Origin: Octopus vulgaris | Lineage: Eukaryota | DNA: 64,000 bases | Direction: 5' to 3' | Assembly: GCA_951406725.2 (NCBI GenBank) | Contig: OX597821.1 | Coordinates: forward strand, 84,568,001 to 84,632,000 | In this document: positions 50,473-63,250 of the stretch, piece after piece | Numbering within the stretch: the stretch's first letter is position 1 | How the letters are laid out: each line of letters starts with the position of its first letter | Made by a program: the position numbers and the translations under genes | The notes under the pieces: generated by a model | Seen by the model: only the letters and a program-made list of their open reading frames with translations | The model's database searches: none | Told to the model about the DNA's origin: nothing

Positions 50473-50851
50473 CGAAATCATTAATATATCTCTGACGTCC
50501 CATCTGTATATGCTACATATTACTTTTAATTTACTAAATTAATTATTTTCAAAGACCTTCATAGTTTTTAGTTTTAAATTATATATAAAGATGATACTTT
50601 AAAAGAGTAAACAATAAACCCTAGTCCTCGAGGAAACTTGTGGCGGTCTTTGTCGATAAAAAAAAAAGTACCTTAGAACAGCTTGCAAGTCGCCCAGAGA
50701 CGAAAAATGTTTGAGCTTCGTCTCAGCTCGGTGTAGGAACTTATCCGAATTCGTCTCGTTCCAACGTTACAAATTGAATAATTGTTCCGAATAACAATTT
50801 TTCATAGCTTGTTTACCACTGGATCCTTATATATAACTTCTATTTATTCTA

Positions 50852-51065
50852 AGGCAGCGAGCTGGCAGAAACGTTAGCACGCCGGGCGAAATGCGTCGCC
50901 GTATTTCGTCTGCCGTTACGTTCTGAGTTCAAATCCTGCCGAGGTCGACTTTGCCTTTCATCCTTTCGGGGTCGATAAATTAAGTACCAGTTACGCACTG
51001 GAGTCGATGCAATCGACCTAATCCGTTTGTCTGTCCTTGTTTTAGCCCCTTGTGGGTAGTAAAAT
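50852..51065 (+). mobile_element. SINE family C
   Basis: Inverted relative to the copy ~400 bp upstream. Confidence 0.85.
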
Positions 51066-51549
51066 ATATATATATAACTTATTTTTTATTTTTTCATATT
51101 TCATAGTCCTTAACGATACTCCACATTTGTTTCTTTTTGAATAGGATTCAAACGAGTCATACATTGTTCAAATGAAGTCTATGATCCTACATCTCACCTT
51201 GGATCTGGAAGATACCATTCCATGTCATTCAGATATTCCGTGACGACTAGTGCTACACCTTCGGTCTTAGCCTGCAAAAGAACAAAATAGATTCTTAGAG
51301 TATGTTATGAATGGTTACTAATGGAACATAGTAAGTTGACAGGAGTTATTGAAAATAAATGTTTATTTTGTGACTGGAGTTTCAATTCAGGCTACTGCAA
51401 TCTTCAGTTGTCAATACCACTTCAGATCATTGACGTGCGAAGTTCGAGTTACAAGTTAAACATTGTCTAGAGAATCCATATAATCTACAACGTGTATTGA
51501 ACATTCCACACATTCGATTATTTGAGACGATCCAACGTTTATATATACT

Positions 51550-51755
51550 CTCTCTTTACTTGTTTCAGTCATTTGACTGCGGCCATGCTGGAGCACCGCC
51601 TTTAGTCGAGCAAATCGACCACGGGACTTATTCTTTGTAAGCCCAGTACTTATTCTATCGGTCTCTTTTGCCGAACCGCTAAGTGACGGGGACGTAAACA
51701 CACCAGCATCGGTTGTCAAGCAATGCTAGGGGGACAAACACAGACAGACATACAT

Positions 51756-51811
<56 letters not shown>

Positions 51812-51941
51812 GACGGGCTTCTTTCAGTTTTCGTCTACCAAATCCACTCACAAGGCATTGGTCGGCCCGGGGCTATAGCAAAAGACACTTGCCCAAGGTG
51901 CCACGCAGTGGGACTGAACCCGGAACCATGTGGTTGGTTAG
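51550..51941 (-). mobile_element. SINE family B
   Basis: Near-identical to 57305-57733. Confidence 0.85.
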
Positions 51942-52894
51942 CAATATCTTTTATAAACAATATCGAACACACGTACACAAAGTATGCGTTTTGCCAGTTC
52001 GTGGGCAGACTGCGATTTATAGGCGTAAGAGAATATATTCTAATCAATTCGCCTGGTGTTAAAGCACCTGGAAGTCTTAGACAAGCGAGAAAACTTACAT
52101 CAGCTCGCGTTACGGAAGTGGTAGACATGGCGTAGCTCCACCTGGAAATATTTTTAGTCGAACAAATCGATCCCAGGACTCTTTTAAAGCCTGGTATTTA
52201 TACTATTGGTCACTTTTGTCGAACCATTAGATTACGGCGGCGTAAACAAACTGCGTTTCGGTATGCGGTAACTGATTTACTTTCTTGAGGCGTGGCTATG
52301 TATAACACTACACACACACACACACACACACGCATATAATGCGCGTGGCCTAGTGGTTAGGCTTTTGCACTCACAATCGCGGATTTGACTAGCTGGCGCG
52401 TTGTTTTCTTCAGCAAAACACTCAATTTCATGTTGCTCCAGTCCTCCTTTCGATTCGCCTAGCCACCAAGGTGGTGTTATCTGAAGGATAAAACAATGCA
52501 AAAGTGCATTGTTACTAGCGATGTATAACATCTGATAGCCTGGCCGGTCATGTGGTTATATATATATATATATATACTTGTTTCATTCAGTGGACTTGAA
52601 ACAGTTGAACAACCAGTACTTTTTTTTTTAAAAGTCTGGTACTTATTCTATGTGTTTTTTTGCTGAACCGCTAAGTTACGGGGACGTAAATCAACGCCAA
52701 ACAGTGCCTGGAGAACAAATATAAAGGCACACACGCACACACACCTACGATGGACTTTCATACAGTTTCTGCCCACCAAATTCATCACAAGATATTGGTC
52801 GGCTCAGGCATTCCAATGTACCGCGTAGTGGGATTGAAACCGAAATCAAGTGGTCGCAAATAAGCCTCTTACCCAGAGAGCCATGACTGCTACC

Positions 52895-52984
<90 letters not shown>

Positions 52985-54635
52985 GAGTGAGAGATAAAAT
53001 ACAATACATCAAGTATAGGACATCACCAACGAGTGAATAATATCTAAACACATTATGAGAGACAAGTACGGAACAAAATAGCACAAGAAGTCTAACCCCT
53101 CCTCAGTTGTCGACTGTTAATCATTCCACACTATATATATAGTGAAGGCGCATGGCTCTGTGGTTAGAGCGTCGAGCTTACGATCGCGAGGTTGTGAGTT
53201 CGAATCCCGGACCGGGCTGCGTTCTTGAGCTCTATTTCACGTTGCTCCAGTTCACTCAGCTGTAGAAATGAGTTGCGACGTCACAGGTGTCAAGCTGTAT
53301 CGGCCTTTGCCTTTCCCTTCGATAACACTGGTGGCGTGGAGAGGGGAGGCCGGTATGCATGGGCGACTGCTGGTTGACTCGTCAGAGCATCAGATATAAT
53401 GCCTTGCGATATTTCTTTAGGTTCTGTGCACTCCGATTTCAAATCTCACCGAAGCCAACTTTGTCTTTCAGGGATCGATAAAAATGCACCTATCCAAGGT
53501 GATGTATTGGAAGCACTGTCAGGACGTTGGACAGGATGCTATAATGTAGCTTTTCGTTTTGAAGACAACTCTTATGACGATGCAAGTGTCATTCTTTATC
53601 GGCCTTGCTTTTCCATTGCACTTCGTCGGTTCAATGAGGAGGAAACTCTTCCATGCTGGGGCAACGACTTGCCTTTTTTCAGAAAGACCTTGGTCAGAAG
53701 AGTGCCCTGGAAGGAAATTCCAAAGCTCAGAAAAACCGCAGGACTCAGAATCGAAGGAGGCCACGTACACATATTTACAGTGGCGTAGCTTAAATGTGTA
53801 CCTCCAAGGGTAATCCTTGAGTTTGCTGCCCTTATATAAGTTTATATAACAGACCCAAAAGTGTACAACTGAAAAGCATAAACACATTAAAATTTTGAGG
53901 AGGGGAAACTGTCTATATTTGACTTAAGCTACGCATTAAATGTTTTTCTTTTAGTTATTGAAACCTACTCATCGCACGTTCAATATTGTCTATAAAACGT
54001 TTGGAATTTCGTTGGACTTTGAAAGGAGAATTATCCGTCCAGAGACTTAGTCGGAATGTTTGAAAAAGTTGCTACTCTAAATGTACCTGAAAGGCCAGAC
54101 GGACTAAAAAAAGACGATTAAATTGTGACATTTCACTTGGTGTCATGAAACCTCGCTGTAATCAATTTTGCGTTACGGCGCAAATTCTTTGTTTTACAAT
54201 TAAACCAAATTAAAAATCACCAATATAGTGGAGTTCAGGTAATTCAATGTTTCAGTTGGTTTTTCAGTTAAAAGTGGTTTTTCATTATCTTGGTTGCTGT
54301 GCGTTTATAGTCCTTTTTCGTAAAGTACAAATTAAGTCATTTAAAAATAATTTTTCCAAATCTTTAACAACTTAGTCTAGTTTTCAAGAGACATACAACC
54401 TTCGTACCGGATATATGTTCCATGTTACCAACTTATTCTTGCACATTTAGAGTTGCTTTCCGAAATTATGAACCAGTTTTTTTTTCTAAAATAAAATGAT
54501 TCCACAAACACAAGCACAAAGAGGGAGCTTTGTTAATGAGTCTATGGCAACAAAGTATGCAATCGATGAAATTCATACTTTTCAAATTTTACTCTGCGAT
54601 TTTGCTGTTGCAAAAGGGCTAAAAAGAAAAACTTC

Positions 54636-55766
54636 CTAGAAACATTTGCGGTGGACAATAGACGGTCCGGAATCAATATATTCTTCCTTTTCAATCCACA
54701 TTTGCTGGAAAGAAGAGAAGGAAGCTAAAATAGAGCCGCCTATCCAGGCGGAATATTTTCGTGCTGGGGGAGCATCAATTTTGACTTTCGAGGTTCCAAG
54801 ATTAAAGGAAGTGATTTCTTTATGCATTCTTTCGGCAATGCCCGGAAACATAGTGCTACCTCCGGACAAGACAATGTTGGCGAACAAATCTTTCCTGATA
54901 TCAACATCGCATTTCATAATGGAATCGTATGTGATCCTATGGATACCATCATATTCCATACCCAAGAAGGAAGGTTGAAACAGAGATTCTGGACACCTAA
55001 ACATTTCATTACCAATGGTGATAATTTGACCATCAGGTAATTCGTAGCTCTTTTCATGGGAAGCGGAAGTGGCAGCTGTAACCAGCTCCTCTTCGAAGTC
55101 AGCTGCAACATAACATAATTTCTCCTTGACATCACGAACAATTTCTCTCTCGGCAGATGTGGTGAATAAGTAACCACGCTCAGTAATTATCTTCTCGAGG
55201 TAATCAGTAAGATCATGACCAGCCAAATTCAAACGGTTCACCGCATGGGGAAGGCCATAACCTTCATAGACGGGAACCGTGTGCGTGACTCCATCGCCGG
55301 AGTCAATAACAGTACCCAGGGTACGACCAGAAGCATATAGAGACAACACAGATTGAACTGCAACATACATTGCAGAAGCTTTGAAGGTCTCGAATATGAT
55401 CTCTGTCATCTTTTCTCTGTTAACTTTAGGATTAAGAGGAGATTCTGTGAGGAGAATAGGTTGTTCTTCGGGAGAAACATGGAGCTCATTGTAGAAGGTA
55501 TATTCCCAGATCTTCTCCATATCATCCCAGTTGGTAACAACACCATGCTCAATGGGGTATTTCAAAGAAAGGATGCCTCTTTTATTCTGGGCTTCGTTTC
55601 CAACGTAGAAATCTTTGTGAGCCATACCGACCATGGTACTTTGATGTCTTGGTCTACCAACGATGGAGGGAAATACAACACAGGGCGAATCAGCTCCTGC
55701 AAATCCAGCTTTGGAAATGCCGGATCCATTGTCAACAATCAAAGCGGTAAAATCGTCGTTAGACAT
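54636..55766 (-). CDS. Actin, divergent, intronless coding region (376 aa)
   Basis: Complete ORF with [39 protein letters not shown] and C-terminal HRKCF. Confidence 0.97.
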   Translation of the reverse strand: MSNDDFTALIVDNGSGISKAGFAGADSPCVVFPSIVGRPRHQSTMVGMAHKDFYVGNEAQNKRGILSLKYPIEHGVVTNWDDMEKIWEYTFYNELHVSPEEQPILLTESPLNPKVNREKMTEIIFETFKASAMYVAVQSVLSLYASGRTLGTVIDSGDGVTHTVPVYEGYGLPHAVNRLNLAGHDLTDYLEKIITERGYLFTTSAEREIVRDVKEKLCYVAADFEEELVTAATSASHEKSYELPDGQIITIGNEMFRCPESLFQPSFLGMEYDGIHRITYDSIMKCDVDIRKDLFANIVLSGGSTMFPGIAERMHKEITSFNLGTSKVKIDAPPARKYSAWIGGSILASFSSFQQMWIEKEEYIDSGPSIVHRKCF

Positions 55767-55841
55767 TAAAATGTTTGATCTGACTTAAACGCAGTCTGTG
55801 TTTGTATCACGAGTTGGAATCGCCCAGCACTTGTGAAAAAA

Positions 55842-55934
55842 TATATAAAACTATCTAGTTGCTATTATAGACAACTATTATAGACAACCGTAGACCGCTG
55901 ATTGGTTGATCACATCTTAACGCCAGCTCATTGG
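55842..55934 (-). promoter_or_regulatory. Putative actin promoter: TATA-like box and two CCAAT boxes
   Basis: Minus strand TATATA at 55842-55847 (~75 nt upstream of ATG); CCAAT at 55901-55905 and 55930-55934; 13-bp direct repeat ctattatagacaa in between. Confidence 0.4.
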
Positions 55935-57071
55935 ACACATTAAAATTTTCTATTATTTCTCTTATTGAATTTTCATCACAAAAATAAAAATTCACTCATT
56001 AGTCAAAGACGACTGAAACGAGATCGCATCGAAGTCAAGTCAAGTCAAGTTAAGTATTATAATACAGTTCAGAGAACGGTGTCCGTCTTCCACTCACAAA
56101 GCTCTGATCTATTTGAGGTTGCAGAAGAAGGTTCTTAATTCACGCATAAACTGTGAAGGAATTATCGTTTATAGGCTATTTTTTTTTTTCAATTGTTAAG
56201 GCGGAAGGGATTTTATTCATTGTCGTCGCAGACCAACCGAGAGTGGTAAGATCGACGCAGTTAAACTTCCTTTTGAATTGTTGTAATCATGTAGGTATTG
56301 GCTCTTTGATGCTGTTTAGCCAGTAGTGTCCATCAACGAGTGATGAGAAACAGAGGTCATTTCGTTCATGCGTCTTTGAAAAAAATTCCCACACAAATTG
56401 TTAAATAGCTTTGCCTGGAAATCGAAACTGCTTCACTGACTTAATTCTACAGGAGCCCACTGCTACATTACGTATTCTTCAATCTATGAAAGCCTGGATC
56501 TTCTGCTAATATTCATAACGAGTGGCACCTTGCTGTTTATCCCCCTGTGGAGCAAACTAATCATCAAAGATGTTCGATGGTCATCCCACCGTTTTGTATG
56601 TCCAGAAAAACGAAGATTATACAGTCTGTCTTTTCTGAAATCGTTTGGGTGTGAACTGATGATGATTTGGCTGTTATTTCTAGTATGTTGAGCAACCGGG
56701 TAGAGGATCATTCGTTATATCGCGATATTTATCAACGTGCAGTAATTACTTGTATTAACTTTGAAAGTTGTTCTCAAGGTAAAGTGCGAATGTGGTGATC
56801 ATGCCTTTACCAAAATATTGGTAATGTAGATGAAGTGAGATTCTTCCAATCTAGAATAACGCTAAAAATTTGGTGTCGGTCAACAGAAGCTACTAAATCA
56901 CTGGGTAGCAATAGAACCAATATCGAATTGCATGGGTCAATGAGAATATTCTGCAGATAGGAAAGTAAGGCTCTAATAAAAAAAAATACGAGGGGAAAAA
57001 AACTTAGAATTCGTGAATAAAAGTTTGCAATTTTTCAGTAAAATATCGTTCTTGTAAATTATTCATCATAG

Positions 57072-57262
57072 AAGCAGATAATTGAGCCAATTGGCTTATC
57101 AAACAACCAGCTCAAAGGTAGGCGGTTCGTATCCTGTCACCAGCACTGTAATTCGTGGTCAAGTCAACTTAACTCTCAATGACCGAACAAAAGCAGATAA
57201 TTGAGCCAATGGTTTATCAAACAATTAGCTCAAAAGCAGGCAGTTCGTATCCTGTCACCAGC
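57072..57262 (+). repeat. Direct duplication of a ~72-bp tRNA-like unit (period 119)
   Basis: aagcagataattgagccaat...(g/a)gttcgtatcctgtcaccagc occurs twice. Confidence 0.85.
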
Positions 57263-57304
57263 GTTGAATTGTGTTCGGGGTTAAGGCATTTTAACACTCA
57301 TTGA

Positions 57305-57733
57305 CTCTCTCTTTACTCTTTTTACTCTTTTACTTGTTTCAGTCATTTGACTGCGGCCATGCTGGAGCACCGCCTTTAGTCGAGCAAATCGACCACGGGA
57401 CTTATTCTTTGTAAGCCCAGTACTTATTCTATCGGTCTCTTTTGCCGAACCGCTAAGTGACAGGGACGTAAACACACCAGCATCGGTTGTCAAGCAATGC
57501 TAGGGAGACAAACACAGACACACAAACATATACACACATACACACATATATATATATATATACATATATACGACAGGCTTCTTTCAGTTTCCGTCTACCA
57601 AATCCACTCACAAGACATTGGTTGGCCCGGGGCTAAAGCAGAAGACACTTGCCCAAGATGCCACGCAGTGGGACTGAACCCGGAACCATGTGGTTGGTTA
57701 GCAAGCTACTTACCACACAGCCACTCCTGCGCC
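57305..57733 (-). mobile_element. SINE family B
   Basis: Full-length copy. Confidence 0.88.
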
Positions 57734-58204
57734 TATAGCCGATTAGTTGTAAGTTGGTCACAGAATCCGTAGTTATAACTAGGTACCACCAGATGTTACA
57801 ATTCACAACTGTACCTGGGTACCAACCGTGGCTATCTCGCCTTCTTACCAGTGATGATGTATACAGAACTGTGTTGTTCCAATCTGTCCTTCCGTCCTTT
57901 TTACAGACACTGGTTGAGATTTTGATGGGGATTTTGCAGCTATTTCTTGCAGGTTCAGCGATAATGCTGTGGTTCTGCCATCGGTTCGTTAGTCTATTCT
58001 TCTGTTGGTTAGTCTAAGATCAGATCTATAACTTAAAGCGTTCCACCAATGACCATATCTTGTTTTGATACATAGTGTATCAAGGACTAATTATTCAATA
58101 TGTTTGTTCCCTTTTTAAGTCAGCAGAGTGTGCGCACGTATGTGTGTGTATTTTCTTATAGAGATTTGTATGTTATTTCTAACCGGTTGGGTGACTATGT
58201 AGAG

Positions 58205-58551
58205 TAGTGGTACACAACGGGGATCCATATAACTCCTGGGGATCTATATAAGTCTTTTAGGGGTCCATTCATGCAAAAGAGTAAATTAGGGATTCACAGT
58301 AGTATTATAAGGGTCCATGATAAAGTTTTGATTTACATGTATTTACTACAAGAAACAGCAAGATTTCTTTCTCTAACGTTTCACGTAGTTCAGCCTTCAC
58401 AAGTTAATGCGTGAAAAACAAAGCAGGAATTTTGAAAGAAGTATTTATAATACTAGTTTTTAAACTTCGATCAGCAATGGGAATCCATCAGAGCAAAATA
58501 ATAATCAAAGGGGTCCATAGATGATTAAAAAAAAAAGGTTGGGAACCACTG
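58205..58551. mobile_element. Non-autonomous Buster-type hAT MITE
   Basis: TIR tagtggtacacaac / gttgggaaccactg; perfect 8-bp TSD ATGTAGAG (58197-58204, 58552-58559). Confidence 0.9.
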
Positions 58552-58617
58552 ATGTAGAGGCTCACTCATTGGCTTGGTTTGTCAGTTTATCATTTGTTAA
58601 TATTAGCAGTAGTGAAA

Positions 58618-58830
58618 GAGGCAAGCTGGCCGAATCGTTAGAACGCCGGGCAAAATACTTAGCGGCATTTCGTCCGTCTTTACGTTCTGAGTTCAAATTC
58701 TGCTGAGGTCGACTTTGCCTTTCAACCTTTCGGGCTCGATATAATAAGTACCAACTGAGGACTGGGATTCGATGTGATCGACTTATCCCCTCCCTTGAAC
58801 CTGTTGGCCTTGTGCCAAAATTTGAAACTA
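58618..58830 (+). mobile_element. SINE family C (older variant)
   Basis: Shared head and B-box. Confidence 0.75.
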
Positions 58831-59288
58831 ATATTAGCGGGGGTGGGAGTGATAGATTTATGTTTGAGGTGGTCAAGTAAAACAAATCAAAAGGAAACAA
58901 TAGAAACCGAAAAAACTAGGAGTGATTCTGAGTTGGCAAACAGTAAGTTTAAAAGGATTCCTAGGGGCCGCAAAGAAGACTTTTTTGATGAGAGGAGCCT
59001 CAGCGGCCAAGCGTCACATCTCCTGTCTTCCTCATAGCAAACAAAAATAATCAAGGAGACCTTTATACTTACAAATACGACAATCCGTTGTAAAAGATCA
59101 TAGTCTGTCTGTCTGTCACCTGAAGATTTGGAGAGGTAGAGATGTTTCACAGGAGATAATGGTAAACCGCCTAGTCTCAAACCATCAATACTAAAAATAG
59201 ACAAACATACATTATAGATATATACATACATTCTGAGGCACAAATACTCGCATACTTTATTCGCCCTTCAAAATTCTTACATACATGA

Positions 59289-59368
<80 letters not shown>

Positions 59369-59822
59369 ACACCTTGCAGGACGAAAAATAAGACCTGTTA
59401 AATGGCAGAGGAGCTCATGAGCAGTCATTTGCCATACAACAATATGTGTACATGTGTATATATGCATGTATGTATGTGCGGGGACGTGGAAAAACCTGGG
59501 TTGGTGTCCAGGCGCGCAGTTGGCCCACTGCGAGTGGGAGGACCCTCTGTTGTTGTCACATCTCTCTAGGAGAAGGAAACTCTGAGACACTGACAATATT
59601 ATATGATGTAGACTAGTTCTGCTTTTTGAGTTTATGTTGTCTATATTCAGAGAGTGGGATTGGATTTGTGCAAATCCTTTCCCCACAAAAAAAAAAAAAA
59701 ATCATCATGCACAGGCATTGCTTGAAAAAAGTAAGACCCATCACAAAAATGGCTAGTCGTGTAACCTTCGCATGTGTAGGACTTTCGATTAGGCGATGAC
59801 AATACTCAAACACGAGTTTGCA

Positions 59823-59861
<39 letters not shown>

Positions 59862-59940
59862 TAAGGGTAGAAATCAATATTTATCAATTAAAACCAGTGG
59901 TCTGGCATATTAAAAAAAGAATCCGAAGATTAAAATATTT

Positions 59941-60153
59941 ATATATACCAATTGAGGACTGAACACGAAAAGTGGACAGTCAACATGCTAGATATAGACG
60001 TCAAATCGCCATTCTCCACAAAAGATTATGTTCTCAAATCAAACTCAGTTTGATTTGAGTTTGATTTGAGAACATAATCTTTTGTGGAGAATGGCGATTT
60101 GACGTCTATATCTAGCACGTTGACTGTCCACTTTTCGTGTTCAGTCCTTAATT

Positions 60154-60160
<7 letters not shown>
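59941..60160. repeat. Near-perfect palindrome (~105-bp arms) within (TA)n
   Basis: 59941-60047 is the reverse complement of 60056-60160 with about 2 mismatches. Confidence 0.9.
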
Positions 60161-60212
<52 letters not shown>

Positions 60213-60258
60213 ATATATATTGTTATATTTCGGAATGGTCATTTTGCCAGTTTAGCCA

Positions 60259-60293
<35 letters not shown>

Positions 60294-60424
60294 TGTATGT
60301 ATGTATGTATGTATGTATGTATGTATGTGTGTGTGTGTGTATGTATGTGTGTGTGTGTGTGTATGCATACATGCATGCATGTATGTATGCATGTGTGTGT
60401 GTGTGTATGTATGTGTGTGTGTGT
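60156..60424. repeat. Compound (TA)n/(TATG)n/(TG)n microsatellite
   Basis: Direct reading. Confidence 0.95.
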
Positions 60425-61024
60425 TAAATTCACCGTTCATGGTGTAATATAGTGCATAGCATTGTTGCCTTCGTCGTCGTAATTGAAGTTGTTTAACCCA
60501 ATGTCAGAGCAGACCTTATTATCAAAGGCGTCTCAGCTGTGACCATCCAGTCGTCTTGTATTATGTATCCTTCCTATATAATGCTGCAAAGTGTGATTTG
60601 AGGTAACTTGGCTGCTATTTCTAGCAAGTGATACACGTAGGTTCCCATCCACTCCTCCGTGACTCTTATGCTTGACGTATTTTCACTGTCTACAACCTTT
60701 TTTTCTTTTTCTTTTGTTTAAGCGAGCATGTAGTGAATGTCTTCGATGATGGGCAATGACTAATGAGTTGTGATGTTCATTAAGTAATAAATAAGAAAAC
60801 TTACTCAGAAAGTTTTTCTTGAACCATTTCGCAAGTTTGGCGACATTCTGTTACAAATTCTGCAACAGAAAGTAGCGGTTACATAGCCTGTGATGTATGC
60901 TGTAACATATGGTAACAGAGTTATGACGTTGGAAATTTTATGACTAAATACGATGGAACATTGGTCATGTTGTAGCGTTAGTTTAAGATGTCATATATGT
61001 TTTAACACGTGCTATATAAGCATA

Positions 61025-61422
61025 GGTGGAGGCGCAATGGCCCAGTGGTTAGGGCAGCGGACTCGCGGTCATAGGATCGCGGTTTCGATTCCCAGACCGG
61101 GCGTTGTGAGTGTTTATTGAGCGAAAACACCTAAAAGCTCCACGAGGCTCCGGCAAGGGATGGTGGTGATCCCTGCTGTACTCTTTCACCACGACTTTCT
61201 CTCACTCTTACTTCCTGTTTCTGTTGTACCTGTATTTCAAGGGGCCGGCCTTGTCACTCTCTGTGTCACACTGAATATCCCCGAGAACTACGTTAAGGGT
61301 ACACGTGTCTGTGGAGTGCTCAGCCACTTATACGTTAATTTCACGAGCAGGCTGTTCCGTTGATTCGGATCAACCGGAACCCTCATCGTCGTAACCGATG
61401 GAGTGCTTAAAGAGAAGCTTCC
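61025..61422 (+). mobile_element. SINE family A
   Basis: TSD ataagcatag. Confidence 0.9.
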
Positions 61423-63162
61423 ATAAGCATAGTTTTTGTCATGTTACATAATCTAATCATAGCCTGCTACAGTCGGCTGTAACATATAGTGTATTATGAG
61501 CTGTAACAAGAGTTGTGAGACGATTTCTAATATAGAGATAAGATATAAGTTATAACGTGATATGAGACATTTTTGCACAGCCGTTTTGTCGCCGCTTTTT
61601 TTGGCGCTGCGGGCTCGACGCTAACTTATTTGTCATCAGACGTTATAATGTGTTTCTCGTTCCATCCCACCTTCCTTTCCTCTTACCCGCTCTCCGTGTT
61701 TATGCCTGAGCGAATTTTCATTGATATTAATGAGGAGAGGGGAACGGTTTATGTCGATCGTGTTCAATTAATAAATTGTGATGCCTTTCTTTCTTTCCTT
61801 CTTTCTCTCGCTCTCTCATTCTTTCTATCTGTATGTGTATATTTCTGAGCGCGCGCGTATGCCTCCAGCACCAAGAAGCACAGCCGTCAAAACAGGCTGA
61901 AGGTTTAGTCGGCTGTGCCAAACCGTCTCATTCCGTTATGACGTGACTCAAAGAATACCGGGTGTAGGTCAGGCAGCAATTATGCGCAGAAATATGAGTC
62001 TTAAACTTTGGCATAAGGCCCGCAATTTTAAGGGAGTGAAATAGTCGATTACATCAACCCCAGTCCTTGGCTGTTAACTTTATTTTATCGACCCCCGAAA
62101 CAATGAAAGAAAAGTCAGTCTCGGCGGAATTCGAGCTTGGAATATAAAATACCGGAGAAAATACCGCTGAGCATTTTGTCTGAATCGCTAACGATTTTGC
62201 CGGTCCTGCCGGCTTAGATTCTAATATAGGCACTAGGCCTGACATTCTGCGGAGTTGGATAAGTGGATTAAATGTACCCCAGTACTTAATTGATACTCTG
62301 CTTTAACGACCCCGAAATGATGAAATGTATAGTTCACCTCAGCAGAATTTGAATTCAGAGCTGGAAGAAAACCACTGAGTATTTTGCCCGACGCTCTAAT
62401 AATTCTGCCTGCTTATTGGTCTGTATCGCATCATGGAGTGTAATATCGAATGTACCATCGGGTGTATCTATCATTGATTTTAATATTACCTATAAAGTCA
62501 AGGTGGCGAGCTGGCAGAATCGTAAGCACGCCGAACGAAATACTTAGCGGCGTTTCACCAGTTTTCGTGTTCAGAGTTCAAATTCCGCCGGGGTCAACTT
62601 TGTACCAGTTGAACACTGGGGTCGATAAAAGAATTATCAGTTGAACACTGGGATTGATTTAATAGACTTAGCCCCTCCCCAAACCTGCTGGCCTTGTGCC
62701 AAAATTTGAAACCAATATTCCCTATAAAATAGGTGTTACACGATTTGTCACATAAACTGGTTACTTATGTCAGAATAGGTTATAAGATACTTCACTCTAT
62801 GCATTGTAACATAAGATGTTGTTCTTTAGCTCCAAGTTAGCCTTGATCGACCTAACTATAATTAAAGTCAATCTAGCCATGGCAATCACGTCATTTAAAA
62901 AATATCTTAAGACAGTAAGATGTGATTTAAAGGAGACTTGGCTGCTACTTCTTGCAAGTTGTGTAATCAAGTAGAAGCTTCCTCGTCGGCTCATAACATT
63001 AGGTGCAATTATCAGATGCAGCATAAACTTAATTATATTAAAGAATTTAGCATGTAACTTACATTGTAACATTCATCTATGTAATAGATGGTACATTCGG
63101 TAGCCAAGACTGTAACAAACATAACTTAATGAGTTGTCACAAAGTTCATTACATTTTTTGTA

Positions 63163-63173
63163 ACACACACACA

Positions 63174-63248
<75 letters not shown>
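63163..63248. repeat. (CA)n microsatellite
   Basis: Direct reading. Confidence 0.95.

Positions 63249-63250
<2 letters not shown>

Noticed and set aside
54646-55769. Plus-strand ORFs overlapping actin
   Set aside because: Antisense shadows of the actin CDS.
59955-59990. ctgaacacgaaa as a hammerhead core in the 59.9 kb palindrome
   Set aside because: No stem II, and positions 3 and 8 cannot pair.
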